Shown: positions 8,835-19,141, counted from the first letter of the stretch. The stretch: 64,000 nucleotides of DNA from Spirochaetia bacterium (GCA_965203515.1 OZ241907.1:64001-128000), one strand, 5' to 3'. Notes: a model not told the origin generated them from the letters alone. Program-made: numbers and translations.

Positions 8835-11224
8835 CGGCCGACGTGACGCCGGGCGCTGCGGCGCCGGGCGTCGAGGCACCGGCCGTCGCGGCGCCGGGCG
8901 TCGAAACGACGCTCGTCGAGGCGCTGGCCGCGGCGCTCGCCGGCGCCGCCCGCTTCAACCCCGATGACGCGGTGCGGCCGGCCGCGGTCCTGTGGACCGA
9001 TCCCGCCGCGCAGTGGCAACCGGTCGTGCCCCACCTGCGCCGGTTCGCGCCGCACCTGCTGGCGCTCGGCGAGTACGCTCCCGAGCAGCGCACCGGGCCG
9101 TCGATCTGGCTGCGCTGCGTAATCGAGCGGACGCTGGACGCGCCCCGCATCCCTGCCGAGGCGGCCCCGATCCTCTATCTGCCCGGCGTGAGCCGCCAGC
9201 AGCTCGGCGCGGCGCAGACCTGCCCTCGGCGCCTGCAGCCGCTGGTGGAACTGCAGTACCGCGGCGTCTGCTGGACGCAGAAGAACGGCCGCGACTGGAC
9301 GGTGGAGGCATTCCTCACCTCCCGGACCGGCGGCCTGGGGCTGGACGTGGCCCGGGATGCCGCGACGCGGCAGGCCATGCTGCGCGCCCTGGCGGAGTTG
9401 GCGCTCGCGCCGCTGCCGGCGTTGCGCGGCCGGCGCCTGGACGCGCAGGACTTCGACGGTCTGTTGTCGGATGATCCGATCAAGGACCTGCTGTCCTGGC
9501 TCGGCGACCCGCAGGGCGTCATGACCGGCTGGGAGGCGGCGCGTCGGGACGCCTTTGCCGCGCGCTGCCGCGCCGACTACGACTTCGACCCCGCCGGCGA
9601 CGGCGAGCTGGTCGCCGCCGAGCGGCTCGGCCGGCGCGACGGGCCATGGCAAGCGGTCTGGAACCGGTTCGCCGAGGCGCCGGCGCGGTATCCCGGGGTG
9701 CCGGAACTGCTGCGCCGCGCGCGGCCGGACGACCTGTTCGCGGAGCGCTCGTCGTGGCCGCAGGAGAACGAAGCGGACGAAGCGGCGCTGCGGCGCCGTC
9801 TCGAGGCCTGCGCCGGCCGCTCGCCCGCCGCCGCGCGCGCCGAGCTCCGCGCGCTCGAACAGGAGCACGGCCAACGCCGCGGCTGGGTGTGGGCCGCGCT
9901 CGGGCAGGCGCCGCTGGCGTACGCGCTGGAGCACCTGGCGCTGATCGCCGCGCGCACCGCGGAGCAGCTCGGCGGGGCGTCGGCCGCCGAGCTGGCCCGC
10001 GGCTACGCGGCCGGCGCGTGGCAGGTCGATGCCGCCGCGCTGGCCGCGATGGAGGCGGTGAAGTCCGCCGCCGACCGGAAGGCGGTGGGCGCGGCGTTGC
10101 AGGCCGTCTATCTGCCGTGGCTGGAAGCTGCGGCGCGGAGGCTGCAGGCGCTGGCCGAGCAGGAGCCGCGCGCCCTCCGCGACCCGCCGGAGCGCTACGC
10201 CGCGCGCGACCAACCCGGTACGGCGATCCTGTTCGCCGACGGCCTGCGGTTCGACGTGGCGCAGCGGCTGGCCGCGCGCCTGCGCGCCGACGGCCGCACG
10301 GTGCGGGTGGAGACGCGCTGGGCGGCGCTGCCGACCGTCACCGCCACCGCCAAGCCGGCGGTCGCTCCGGTTGCCGAACAGATCGCCGGCGTCTCCCCGG
10401 GCGAGGAGTTCCGGCCGGCAGGCGCGGACGACGGCCGCCCGTTGACCGCCGCCCGGTTCCGCAAGCTCCTGGACGCCGCCGGCTACCGGTACCTCGCCGC
10501 GGACGAGACCGGCGACCCGGCGGGCCGCGCCTGGACCGAACACGGCCAGCTCGACCGGCTGGGCCACTCGCTGCAGGCCGGGATCGCCGCCGGCCTCGAC
10601 GACCAGCTCGGCCTGCTGCGCGAGCGCGCCGGAGCGCTGCTGGACGCCGGCTGGCGCGAGGTGCGGGTGGTGACCGATCACGGCTGGCTGTGGCTGCCCG
10701 GCGGCCTGCCCAAGGTCGACCTGCCCCGCTACCTCACCGCCACCCGCTGGGCGCGATGCGCGGCCATCGCCGGCGATTCCGCCGTCGAGACGCCGGTCGT
10801 GGCGTGGCATTGGAACGCCGGCGAACGGATCGCGGTGCCTCCCGGCGTCGCCTGCTTCACCGCCGGCTGTGAGTACGCGCACGGCGGGGTGAGCCTCCAG
10901 GAGAGCCTGATTCCGGTCTTGCGGGTCGCGGCCGGCGCGGGCGCCGCCCCTGCGCCCACCGCCATCACCGCGCTATCCTGGGTCGGGCTGCGCTGCCGGG
11001 TGCGCATCGCCGCGCCGCCGCCGGGCGCGGCCGTCGACCTGCGCACGCGGGTGGCCGACGCCGCGGCGAGCATCGACCGGGCGCGGCCGGTCGACGCGCA
11101 GGGAGCGGCGAGCCTGCTGGTGGCGGACGACGAGCTGGAAGGCGCCTCGGCCGTGGTGGTGGTGCTGGACGCCGGCGGCCGGGTCGTGGCGCGGCAATCG
11201 ACCATTGTCGGGGGCGGAGATTGA
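8831..11224 (+). CDS. pglZ: BREX PglZ alkaline-phosphatase-superfamily protein
   Basis: GTG start overlapping the previous stop; VLWTDP, LFADGLRFD, LPTVTATAK, VVTDHGW and YAHGGVSLQE motifs. Confidence 0.9.
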   Translation: MTADVTPGAAAPGVEAPAVAAPGVETTLVEALAAALAGAARFNPDDAVRPAAVLWTDPAAQWQPVVPHLRRFAPHLLALGEYAPEQRTGPSIWLRCVIERTLDAPRIPAEAAPILYLPGVSRQQLGAAQTCPRRLQPLVELQYRGVCWTQKNGRDWTVEAFLTSRTGGLGLDVARDAATRQAMLRALAELALAPLPALRGRRLDAQDFDGLLSDDPIKDLLSWLGDPQGVMTGWEAARRDAFAARCRADYDFDPAGDGELVAAERLGRRDGPWQAVWNRFAEAPARYPGVPELLRRARPDDLFAERSSWPQENEADEAALRRRLEACAGRSPAAARAELRALEQEHGQRRGWVWAALGQAPLAYALEHLALIAARTAEQLGGASAAELARGYAAGAWQVDAAALAAMEAVKSAADRKAVGAALQAVYLPWLEAAARRLQALAEQEPRALRDPPERYAARDQPGTAILFADGLRFDVAQRLAARLRADGRTVRVETRWAALPTVTATAKPAVAPVAEQIAGVSPGEEFRPAGADDGRPLTAARFRKLLDAAGYRYLAADETGDPAGRAWTEHGQLDRLGHSLQAGIAAGLDDQLGLLRERAGALLDAGWREVRVVTDHGWLWLPGGLPKVDLPRYLTATRWARCAAIAGDSAVETPVVAWHWNAGERIAVPPGVACFTAGCEYAHGGVSLQESLIPVLRVAAGAGAAPAPTAITALSWVGLRCRVRIAAPPPGAAVDLRTRVADAAASIDRARPVDAQGAASLLVADDELEGASAVVVVLDAGGRVVARQSTIVGGGD

Positions 11225-13275
11225 GACTCACACTCGATGACCTGGACCGGCGCGCGGCGCAGGTGTTCGACGGGTATCTGGTACGCAAGGACCTGGTGCG
11301 CAAGTACAGCCGCCAGTATCCGGTGCCCACTTACGTCGTCGAGTTTCTGCTCGGCCGCTACTGCGCCACCACCGACGAGCGGGAGATCGAGGAGGGGCTG
11401 GAGATCGTCGAGCGGCAGCTTGCCGACCGCACGGTGCGCACCGGCGAGGAGGAGCTGGTCAAGGCGCGGGCGCGCGACCGCGGCTCCATCAAGCTGATCG
11501 ACCTGGTCAAGGCGCGCCTGGACGCGCGCACCGACTCGCTGCTGGCCGAGCTTCCCGCGCTGGCGATTCGGGACGCCCGCATCGACGACGATCTGGTGCG
11601 GCGGCACGAGCGCATGCTCACCGACGGCTTCTACGCCGAGGTCACCCTGAGCTACGACGCGGCCATCGCGCAGGAGAAGAACGGGCGCCCGTTCGCGGTC
11701 GATGCCGTGCGCGCCATTCAGCTTTCGCAGGCCGACGTCCTGGACACCCTGCAGCGCGCCCGCCGCGAGCTCGACAGCGGCCAATGGCGGCGTCTGCTGT
11801 TGCGCAGCGTCGGCCTGGAGCCGGCCACGCTCAGCGCGCGGGCGCAGTTGGTCGCGCTGGTGCGGATGGCGCCGTTCGTGGAGCGCAACTACAACCTGGT
11901 GGAGCTGGGGCCGCGCGGCACCGGCAAGAGCCACCTGTTCCAGCAGGTCTCCCCCTACGCCCATCTGATTTCCGGGGGCAAGGCGACGGTGGCGAAGATG
12001 TTCGTCAACAACGCCACCGGCCAGCGGGGGCTGGTCTGCCAGTACGACGTGGTCTGCTTCGACGAGATTTCCGGCGTCTCCTTCGATCAGAAGGACGGCG
12101 TGAACATCCTCAAGGGGTACATGGAATCGGGCGAGTTTTCGCGCGGCAAGGAGAGCATCCGCGCGGACGGCGGCGTGGTGATGGTCGGCAATCTCGATGC
12201 CGACGCCGCGCAGCAGCAACGCGCCGGCCACCTGTTCAGCCCGCTGTCCGCGGACCTGCGCGACGACACCGCGTTCATGGATCGCATTCACGCCTACGTG
12301 CCGGGCTGGGACTTCCCCAAGCTCGATCCGCGCGCGCACTTCACCGATCACTTCGGACTGGTCAGCGACTTCCTGGCGGAGTGCTGGAGCCGGCTGCGCG
12401 CCGGCAGCCGCGTCCCGGCGCTGCAGGGCCGGGTGCACTTCGGCGGCGCGCTCAGCGGGCGCGACCTCACCGCGGTCAACAAGACGGTGAGCGGTCTGCT
12501 CAAGCTGCTCTACCCGGACCCGGCGATGCCGGTGCCGGACGAGGAGCTGGAAGATCTGGTGCGCATCGCCCTGGAAGTGCGCCGCCGCGTCAAGGAGCAG
12601 CAGAAGCGGGTGTTCAAGAGCGAGTTCCGCAACACCCACTTCAGTTACGCCCTGGGAGAGGCCGGGATCGAACGGTTCGTTTCCACGCCGGAGCTGGGCA
12701 GCGACGATGCCATCGACCCGGATCCGCTGCCGCCGGGTCAGGTGTGGGGCATCGGCCCCGGCGGGCCGGAGACCGGCCCGGCGCTCTACCGCATCGAGGC
12801 GACGGTCGGCCCGGGCAGCGGCGTCCGCATCCTCAACGCCCCGGTACCGCCGGCGTTCCGCGAGAGCACCCGCTACGCCGAGCAGAACCTGTACGCCCGC
12901 GCGCGCGAACTGGTCGGCGACCGCGACCCGCGCGCCCACGAGTTCTCGGTGCAGCTCCGCGCCATGGACCACGACCGCTCCGGCGCGGCGATCGGGCTGC
13001 CGGCGCTGCTGGCGCTGTGCGGCGCGCTGCTGGAGCAGAGCCTCAAGGGCGGCCTGATCGTGGTCGGCGGGCTCAACCTGGGCGGATCGGTCGAACCGCT
13101 CGCCAATGCGGTCGGAATCGTCGAGGCGGCGGTCGAGAAGGGCGCCGGCACGGTGCTGCTCCCCGTTTCGGCTCGCCGGCGCCTGTTCGACCTCTCCGAC
13201 GACATGGCCACGCGCGTCAATCTGCAGTTCTACGGCGACGCGCCCGACGCCCTGTTCAAGGCTCTGCTGGAATAG
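11221..13275 (+). CDS. brxL: BREX Lon-like ATPase/protease BrxL
   Basis: YPVPTYVVEFLLGRYC, Walker A ELGPRGTGKSH, VVCFDE, DTAFMDRIH; Lon-like C-terminal domain. Confidence 0.92.
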   Translation: MRLTLDDLDRRAAQVFDGYLVRKDLVRKYSRQYPVPTYVVEFLLGRYCATTDEREIEEGLEIVERQLADRTVRTGEEELVKARARDRGSIKLIDLVKARLDARTDSLLAELPALAIRDARIDDDLVRRHERMLTDGFYAEVTLSYDAAIAQEKNGRPFAVDAVRAIQLSQADVLDTLQRARRELDSGQWRRLLLRSVGLEPATLSARAQLVALVRMAPFVERNYNLVELGPRGTGKSHLFQQVSPYAHLISGGKATVAKMFVNNATGQRGLVCQYDVVCFDEISGVSFDQKDGVNILKGYMESGEFSRGKESIRADGGVVMVGNLDADAAQQQRAGHLFSPLSADLRDDTAFMDRIHAYVPGWDFPKLDPRAHFTDHFGLVSDFLAECWSRLRAGSRVPALQGRVHFGGALSGRDLTAVNKTVSGLLKLLYPDPAMPVPDEELEDLVRIALEVRRRVKEQQKRVFKSEFRNTHFSYALGEAGIERFVSTPELGSDDAIDPDPLPPGQVWGIGPGGPETGPALYRIEATVGPGSGVRILNAPVPPAFRESTRYAEQNLYARARELVGDRDPRAHEFSVQLRAMDHDRSGAAIGLPALLALCGALLEQSLKGGLIVVGGLNLGGSVEPLANAVGIVEAAVEKGAGTVLLPVSARRRLFDLSDDMATRVNLQFYGDAPDALFKALLE

Positions 13276-13295
13276 ACGGGATAGTCGATGACGAT

Positions 13296-14006
13296 ATGAT
13301 GATGTCTGCCGTGCGAAAGACCTGGACGTTGGTGATCCTGGCCGCCTTGCTGGCCGGTTGCAGCAACGACAGCGCCGATGTCGCCGACGTCACCGTGATC
13401 GCTACCTCGGGCGCCGCGTCGATCAAGGGGGAGGTCTGGGCCGACAACTGGTTTGCCTTCTATCTGGGCGAACGCCTGATCATCGAGGACTCGACGCCGA
13501 TCACGACGGAGCGCTCGTTCAATGCCGAGGCGTTCGTCTTCAACGCCGATTACCCATTGCAACTCAATTTCGTCGCCAAGGACTTCAAGCAGGACGATAC
13601 CGGTCTGGAATACATCGGCCGCCGCAACCAGCAGATGGGCGATGGCGGACTCATCGCGCAGTTCACGGATACCGCCACCGGAGCGACGGTCGCCGTCACG
13701 AATGCTTCGTGGCGATGCCTGGTGATTCACGAGGCGCCGCTCGACCGCGCCTGCGAAGGCGCGGCCGAACCGGTGGCCGGCGTCAGCCCATGCCGTTTTG
13801 CGGCGCTGGCCGAGCCGGATGGCTGGCGCCTGCCTGGATTCGACGACGCCGAATGGCCGTCAGCGGTGGAGTACAGCGCAGCCGAAGTGAGACCGAAGGA
13901 TGGCTATGAGGCGATCGAATGGCAGGACGAGGCGCGGTTGATCTGGACCGCCGATCTCGAGACGCACAACACGTTGCTGTGCCGCCTCACCGTCGACCAA
14001 CCCTGA
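13296..14006 (+). CDS. Secreted lipoprotein of unknown function
   Basis: Lipobox LLAGC after a hydrophobic stretch; globular domain WADNWFAFY...QQMGDGGLIAQF...LIWTADLE.HNTLLCR. Confidence 0.65.
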   Translation: MMMSAVRKTWTLVILAALLAGCSNDSADVADVTVIATSGAASIKGEVWADNWFAFYLGERLIIEDSTPITTERSFNAEAFVFNADYPLQLNFVAKDFKQDDTGLEYIGRRNQQMGDGGLIAQFTDTATGATVAVTNASWRCLVIHEAPLDRACEGAAEPVAGVSPCRFAALAEPDGWRLPGFDDAEWPSAVEYSAAEVRPKDGYEAIEWQDEARLIWTADLETHNTLLCRLTVDQP

Positions 14007-14025
14007 CGGCGGCGGCGCCAGGGGC

Positions 14026-14514
14026 CTAGGGGGCCGAGCCCCAGCGCCAGCCGGGCAGCGCGGCGGCCTGCCGGATCCACGCCGCCATCTGCGCCTCGTC
14101 GAACTTGCCCTCGTAGATGTCGATCCAGCGCGCGTCCTTGTCCTTGCCCGCTCCGGGCGGAACCGGCTGCAGCAACGCGCCCTGGAAGAACGTCACCTTG
14201 ACGTAGCGGGTAAAGACGTGGAACGACACGAACCAGCCCTGGCCGTCGATGCCGTAGAAGGGCGAGTTCCAGCGCACCGCCTTCCGTACTTCCGGCGCAT
14301 TGCGCGCGATCAGCTCGTCGAGGCGGCGCCCAAGGCCGCTCTTCCAGCCCGGCATCGCCGCGAGGTACGCCTGCACGGGAGCATCCCCGTCCCCCTTCGC
14401 AATCTGCGGGTTGCCCCCCGACAGCAGAACCGGCTCCCCACCGGCCGGTCCGGCAGCGGCCGTTTGCGCGGTCTCCTTCACGTTCCGGGCCGTCCTGCCG
14501 GCCACCGCGTCCAT
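14026..14514 (-). CDS. DUF1801 (YdhG-like) protein
   Basis: LLSGGNPQIAKGDGDAPVQAYLAAMPGWK, KAVRWNSPFYG, YVKVTFFQG. Confidence 0.8.
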   Translation of the reverse strand: MDAVAGRTARNVKETAQTAAAGPAGGEPVLLSGGNPQIAKGDGDAPVQAYLAAMPGWKSGLGRRLDELIARNAPEVRKAVRWNSPFYGIDGQGWFVSFHVFTRYVKVTFFQGALLQPVPPGAGKDKDARWIDIYEGKFDEAQMAAWIRQAAALPGWRWGSAP

Positions 14515-14518
14515 GGTG

Positions 14519-15001
14519 CTAGGCCGACTTCGCGCGTTCACGGTAGTAGTCGCGTATCAGCTCGTTGGGGATGATCGCTCCCTCGCCGTATGTTCGATAT
14601 ACGAGGTCCCACGGCGTTCCCGGTCGATGCGTGATGTCGGACAGGTCGAACGCAGTGTAGCTACGATACGCTTCGACCACTTCCTCGATCAGACTCTGCT
14701 GAGAGTCGCTGAATCGGTCGGTTCGATCGATCGGCTCAGCAGTAACAGCATCCCCACCGAACGACTTGTAACGATGGTAGATGTTTGGAATCACGGGACC
14801 GTAACGCCATGCCTCTACCGCATCGTAGACGAGAGCCTTGCCGTTCAGACCCAGCATCCAGCCATGGGCCAGGAAGGTCAGCTTGAGCAGGTGCATCGGC
14901 GTCGTGTCGATCTCGCGGCGCAGCCACAGAATCTGCTCGGCCACCTGGGTGGCGGGGCGACTCTCGGTCGTCCTGCTCACACGCTCCTTGCTTTTGGTCA
15001 T
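14519..15001 (-). CDS. Panacea-domain (DUF4065/SocA-like) antitoxin
   Basis: TPMHLLKLTFLAHGW, EAWRYGPV, LSDITH..GTPW; visibly lower GC than neighbours. Confidence 0.85.
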   Translation of the reverse strand: MTKSKERVSRTTESRPATQVAEQILWLRREIDTTPMHLLKLTFLAHGWMLGLNGKALVYDAVEAWRYGPVIPNIYHRYKSFGGDAVTAEPIDRTDRFSDSQQSLIEEVVEAYRSYTAFDLSDITHRPGTPWDLVYRTYGEGAIIPNELIRDYYRERAKSA

Positions 15002-15012
15002 CCTTTACACGG

Positions 15013-15852
15013 TCAGCCGTAGACGGTCAGGCGGTCGGGTTTCTCCGCATCCACGGCCCACAACTCGTCGGCCTGATAGACGCGCGGAGCGTGAGGCGGG
15101 CCGGCCGGGAGCTGCCACTCCGGGTTGTACCGGCGGATCAGCTCCTGCATGTTGCGGTAGGCGATGCGGTCCTTGAGGTCGTCGTCGACCGGCGCCTGTT
15201 CGATGATCCCCTGCAGCAGGCGGTAGTCGTAGTAGGGCAGGTCGGCGCCGAAGATGATGCGCTCGCGTCCCACTCGATCGGCCAGCTTGGCGAAGTCCCA
15301 GAGGCTGCCGCGTCCATCGGGATACTGCACCACCTCGAACCAGACGTTGTCCATGCCGGCAAAGTGCTCGGCGGCGTGGCTGCTGGCGTGGGTGATGAAC
15401 GTCGCCCCGGGGAACATGCGCGCGATCTTCCCGAACAGCGCATCGTGCATGTGGATGTTGCACAGGCCGCCCCGTCCGGCGGCCATCTCCACGAACGGCA
15501 TGCACGCCTCGCGCACCGGCGGGTGGGACACGATGCCGTGCAGGCCCAGCTCGCTCATCGCCCACTCCGCCTCGTCCACGGCCACCGGTCCCAGGCAGGG
15601 CTCGATCAGCGCCAGGCCCAGCGGTACGTGCTCGGGGAAGTCCCGGCGCGCGCGGGCGATCACCCGGTTCTGGTCGCGGATGTCCTCCAGCCCGCGCAGG
15701 ATCAGACCGCCGGTGGCGGTCGGCATCGACAGGCTGGCGTAGACGTTGGTCTGGGCGAAGCGGGCCAGGCACATCGCGGTCGTCTGGCCGGTCGGCGGCA
15801 GTCGGTTCAGGGTGCGGCCGATGTGGTTGTGGCAGTCGAGATAGGGTCTCAT
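15013..15852 (-). CDS. Amidohydrolase family (TIM-barrel) protein
   Basis: N-terminal DCHNH metal motif; RIIFGADLPY. Confidence 0.85.
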   Translation of the reverse strand: MRPYLDCHNHIGRTLNRLPPTGQTTAMCLARFAQTNVYASLSMPTATGGLILRGLEDIRDQNRVIARARRDFPEHVPLGLALIEPCLGPVAVDEAEWAMSELGLHGIVSHPPVREACMPFVEMAAGRGGLCNIHMHDALFGKIARMFPGATFITHASSHAAEHFAGMDNVWFEVVQYPDGRGSLWDFAKLADRVGRERIIFGADLPYYDYRLLQGIIEQAPVDDDLKDRIAYRNMQELIRRYNPEWQLPAGPPHAPRVYQADELWAVDAEKPDRLTVYG

Positions 15853-16928
15853 GGTCGCTCCTTGGTCGGATGTCGTTGGTCTCCGGCGGCCGGCAGCTCC
15901 ACGGCGCGCCGTTCGGCGCTGGCGCGGCGGGCAGCGGCCACGATGCGCAGGTTGTGCAGGGCCGCCGCACCGCCGATCGGCGGCGGCGCGCCGCGCGCCA
16001 GGGCGTCGAAGGTGGCGGCGAAGTAGCGCCCGTGGCCGCTCTCGGCCTGGGTCGGCCGCGGCTCCAGCGCCACCTCCCGCCATTGCCGGGTGCTGCGCGC
16101 GTACCGCCACAGCCCGCGCCCGCGGCGCATGACGCGCACGCCGCCGGCCGGGCCGTGCGCCTCGGCCAGGTTGGCGCTCTCGCCGGCGTCGCCGCCGGGC
16201 ACGCACCAGGAGGTGGCCACCGTGGACAGCGCGCCGTTGTCGTGCTCCAGCAGCAGCAGCGCCAAGTCGTCCACGTCGAAGGCGAAGTGCCGGGTCGCCA
16301 CCCGCGCCTCGACGTAGCGGACCGGTGAGCCGACCAGCGACTCCAGCAGGTATATCTCGTGATAGGCGGTGTCGTTGATGGCGCCGCCGCCGGCGGCGCG
16401 CGACGCGCGCCACACCGTGTTGGGGTCGGCTTGGTCATCGGTCTTGTTGAACAGCGACTTGGCCCGGCCGAAGAACGGCGTGCCTGTGGCCCCGTCGGCC
16501 AACAGCGACCGCGCCCGCTCCATGCCCGGCGTGAACAGGAAATTGTGCACCACCGTGTAGGGCACGTCGTGCCGGCGCACCGCAGCCAGCACCTCGTGCG
16601 CCTGCTCCACCGAGGTGGCCATCGGCTTCTCGGAGATCACCGCCACGCCGGCCGCCGCCGCGTCGATCGCCTGCTCGGCGTGCAGGTGGTGCGGCGTGGC
16701 GATGGTGACCGCGTCCAGCTCGGCGTGCTCCAGCATCTCCCGGTAGTCGGCGTAGCGCCGGTTCGGGGGCACCGCCAGCATCTCCCCCGACCGTCCCCGG
16801 CTGTCGCCGTCAGGATCGGCCAGTGCGGTGATCCGCGCCAGCTCCGGAATCGCCCGATACCCCGGCGCGTGGTGCAGCCGCACGATGCCGCCGCAGCCGA
16901 TCAGACCTACACGAACCGGTCGCTGCAT
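15849..16928 (-). CDS. Gfo/Idh/MocA family oxidoreductase
   Basis: VGLIGCGGI, IATPHHLH, SEKPMA, GGGAINDTAYH. Confidence 0.9.
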   Translation of the reverse strand: MQRPVRVGLIGCGGIVRLHHAPGYRAIPELARITALADPDGDSRGRSGEMLAVPPNRRYADYREMLEHAELDAVTIATPHHLHAEQAIDAAAAGVAVISEKPMATSVEQAHEVLAAVRRHDVPYTVVHNFLFTPGMERARSLLADGATGTPFFGRAKSLFNKTDDQADPNTVWRASRAAGGGAINDTAYHEIYLLESLVGSPVRYVEARVATRHFAFDVDDLALLLLEHDNGALSTVATSWCVPGGDAGESANLAEAHGPAGGVRVMRRGRGLWRYARSTRQWREVALEPRPTQAESGHGRYFAATFDALARGAPPPIGGAAALHNLRIVAAARRASAERRAVELPAAGDQRHPTKERP

Positions 16929-16932
16929 ATCG

Positions 16933-18069
16933 CTACCCCCTGCCGCCCATGGCGTAGGGATCGGCGGCATCGCGCACCCCGTCGCCGACGAAATTGTACA
17001 GCAATACCGTCGCTACCACAAACAGCGCCGGCGTCAGCAGCCATGGATAGATGGCGATGCTGGTCACGTTCTGCGCCCCCTGCAGCAGCGTCCCCCAGCT
17101 CACCGCGGGCGGCTGAATCCCCAGTCCCAGGAAGCTCAGCGCCGTCTCTCCCAGGATCATGCCGGGGATCGCCAGGGTGAGTCGCACGATCAGATAGCTC
17201 AGGAAGCCGGGCAGGAGGTGGGCCGTGATGATCTTGCCCGCGCTCGTTCCGGCCAGACGGGCGGCGGTCACGTACTCGTACTCGCGCAGCTCCAGCAGCT
17301 TGCCGCGCACCACGCGCGCCACCCCGGTCCAGTTCAGCACCGACAGGATGATGGTGATCATGAAGTAGGTGCGAAGGACCGGCCAGTTCACGGGGATGAC
17401 CGCGCTCAGCGCCATCCACAGCGGAATGCTGGGGATGCTGTTGAAGACCTCGATGAGGCGCTGGATGATCAGATCGGGCGCACCGCCGAAATAGCCGGAG
17501 ATGCCGCCCAGGAGGCAGCCGAGCACGAAGCTGATCAGCACGCCCACCAGGCCGATGGTGAGGCTGACGCGGCTGCCGGCCAGGATGCGCGAAAACAGGT
17601 CGCGGCCCAGCTCGTCGGTACCCAGCAGGAACATGCGCCCCTCGCCGGCATCGAACAGGTGCAGGTCGGCGTCGATCACGCCCCAGAACCGGTACGGCTC
17701 ACCGCGCGTCAGGAAGCGCACCGGGTGGATGACGGAACGGTCCTCCACGAACTCGCGCTGGAAGGTCTCGAGGTTGACCGTGCCGGTGAGTCCGTAGACG
17801 AAGGGCGCGCGCAGACGGCCGTCGGGATCGAACAGGTGGATACGGGTCGGCGGCGCGTTGACGAACCCCTGGTGCTGGGTCAGCGAACCGTAGGGGGCGC
17901 AGAACTCGTAGGTGAACGCCACCGCATAGGCCAGCAGCAGCATGACGCCGGCGATGACCGCCATGCGGTGCCTCTTGAACTTGCGCCACATCAATTGCCG
18001 CTGCGAGGCGATGAAGTAGCGCTCCTCCGCGCTGGCGGCCTGTACGGCAGCGGTGTCGGTGGCCGCCAC
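16933..18069 (-). CDS. Peptide/nickel-type ABC transporter permease (OppC/DppC-like)
   Basis: LGTDELGRDLFSRI, EYVTAARLAG, ETALSFLGLG. Confidence 0.92.
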   Translation of the reverse strand: MAATDTAAVQAASAEERYFIASQRQLMWRKFKRHRMAVIAGVMLLLAYAVAFTYEFCAPYGSLTQHQGFVNAPPTRIHLFDPDGRLRAPFVYGLTGTVNLETFQREFVEDRSVIHPVRFLTRGEPYRFWGVIDADLHLFDAGEGRMFLLGTDELGRDLFSRILAGSRVSLTIGLVGVLISFVLGCLLGGISGYFGGAPDLIIQRLIEVFNSIPSIPLWMALSAVIPVNWPVLRTYFMITIILSVLNWTGVARVVRGKLLELREYEYVTAARLAGTSAGKIITAHLLPGFLSYLIVRLTLAIPGMILGETALSFLGLGIQPPAVSWGTLLQGAQNVTSIAIYPWLLTPALFVVATVLLYNFVGDGVRDAADPYAMGGRG

Positions 18070-18070
18070 G

Positions 18071-19066
18071 TCAGCCCTTGCGTTCGTAGGTGATGCGCGG
18101 GTCGACGATCACCAGCAGGATGTCCGAAATCAGCACGCCGACCACGGCCAGCGCGCTGATCACCATCAACACGCTCCCCGACAGATTGATGTCCTGGGCG
18201 CGTACGGCGGTGTACATCAGCGGTCCGAGCGTCGGCAGGCCCAGTACGATGGCGACGATCGTCTCGCCGCTGATCAGCTCCGGCAGGACGCCGCCCACCC
18301 CGCTGACCATCGGGTTCAACGCCAGCCGCACCGGGTACTTCATGATCACGCGGCGCTCCGCGATCCCCTTCGCGCGGGCGGTGATCACGTACTGCTTGCC
18401 CAGCTCGTCGAGCAGCGTGCCGCGCATGACCCGGATCGTGCCGGCCGTGGCCGCGGTGCCGATCACGATGACCGGTATCCACAGGTGGCCGATCAGGTCC
18501 ATGACCTTGGCCAGGCTCCATGGCTGCTCCTCCATGCCGGGCGAAAAGAAGCCGCCGATGCTGAGTCCGAAGTACTTGTAGAACACGTACAGCAGGATCA
18601 GTCCCAGCAGGAAGTTGGGCGTCGCCAGCCCGATGAAGCCCAGGGTGGTCAGACCGTAGTCGGGCAGGCTGTACTGGTGGGTCGCGCTGTAGATGCCGAT
18701 CGGAATCGCCACCAGATAGGTGAACAGGATGCTGACCGTCGACAGCATGATGGTGGCGCCCAGGCGTTCGGCGATCAGGTCACGTACCGGCACGCCGCGA
18801 ATCGACCGCCCCATGTCGCCGGACAGGAACTTGATGACCCAGTCGGCGTACTGAACCGCCAGGGGCCGGTCCAGGCCGTACTGGCGGCGCAACGCCAGTT
18901 CCTCCGCCTCCGTGATCACGTCGCCTTCCGCCTCCATCTGCGCCACGATCGTGTCCACGGCGTCGCCCGGCGGCAACTGGATCACGATGTAGATCACCAT
19001 GCTTATGATCACCAGGGTCACCGCCAGCAGGAGCACGCGGCGCAGCAGGTAGGAGGTGTAGTTCAT
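18071..19066 (-). CDS. Peptide/nickel-type ABC transporter permease (OppB/DppB-like)
   Basis: IQLPPGD, YGLDRPL.VQY, GDMGRS, YVITARAKG. Confidence 0.92.
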   Translation of the reverse strand: MNYTSYLLRRVLLLAVTLVIISMVIYIVIQLPPGDAVDTIVAQMEAEGDVITEAEELALRRQYGLDRPLAVQYADWVIKFLSGDMGRSIRGVPVRDLIAERLGATIMLSTVSILFTYLVAIPIGIYSATHQYSLPDYGLTTLGFIGLATPNFLLGLILLYVFYKYFGLSIGGFFSPGMEEQPWSLAKVMDLIGHLWIPVIVIGTAATAGTIRVMRGTLLDELGKQYVITARAKGIAERRVIMKYPVRLALNPMVSGVGGVLPELISGETIVAIVLGLPTLGPLMYTAVRAQDINLSGSVLMVISALAVVGVLISDILLVIVDPRITYERKG

Positions 19067-19141
19067 GTACGGGACGAGGAACGGGAGAATGAACGGCAGG
19101 GCCTGCCGCCCATCCTCCCGAAGGTCACGTGCGGTGCGGAA

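Noticed and set aside
8856..8907. Short AAPGVE duplication at the PglZ N-terminus
   Set aside because: Two-copy low-complexity slippage in a probably unstructured leader; no evidence of function.
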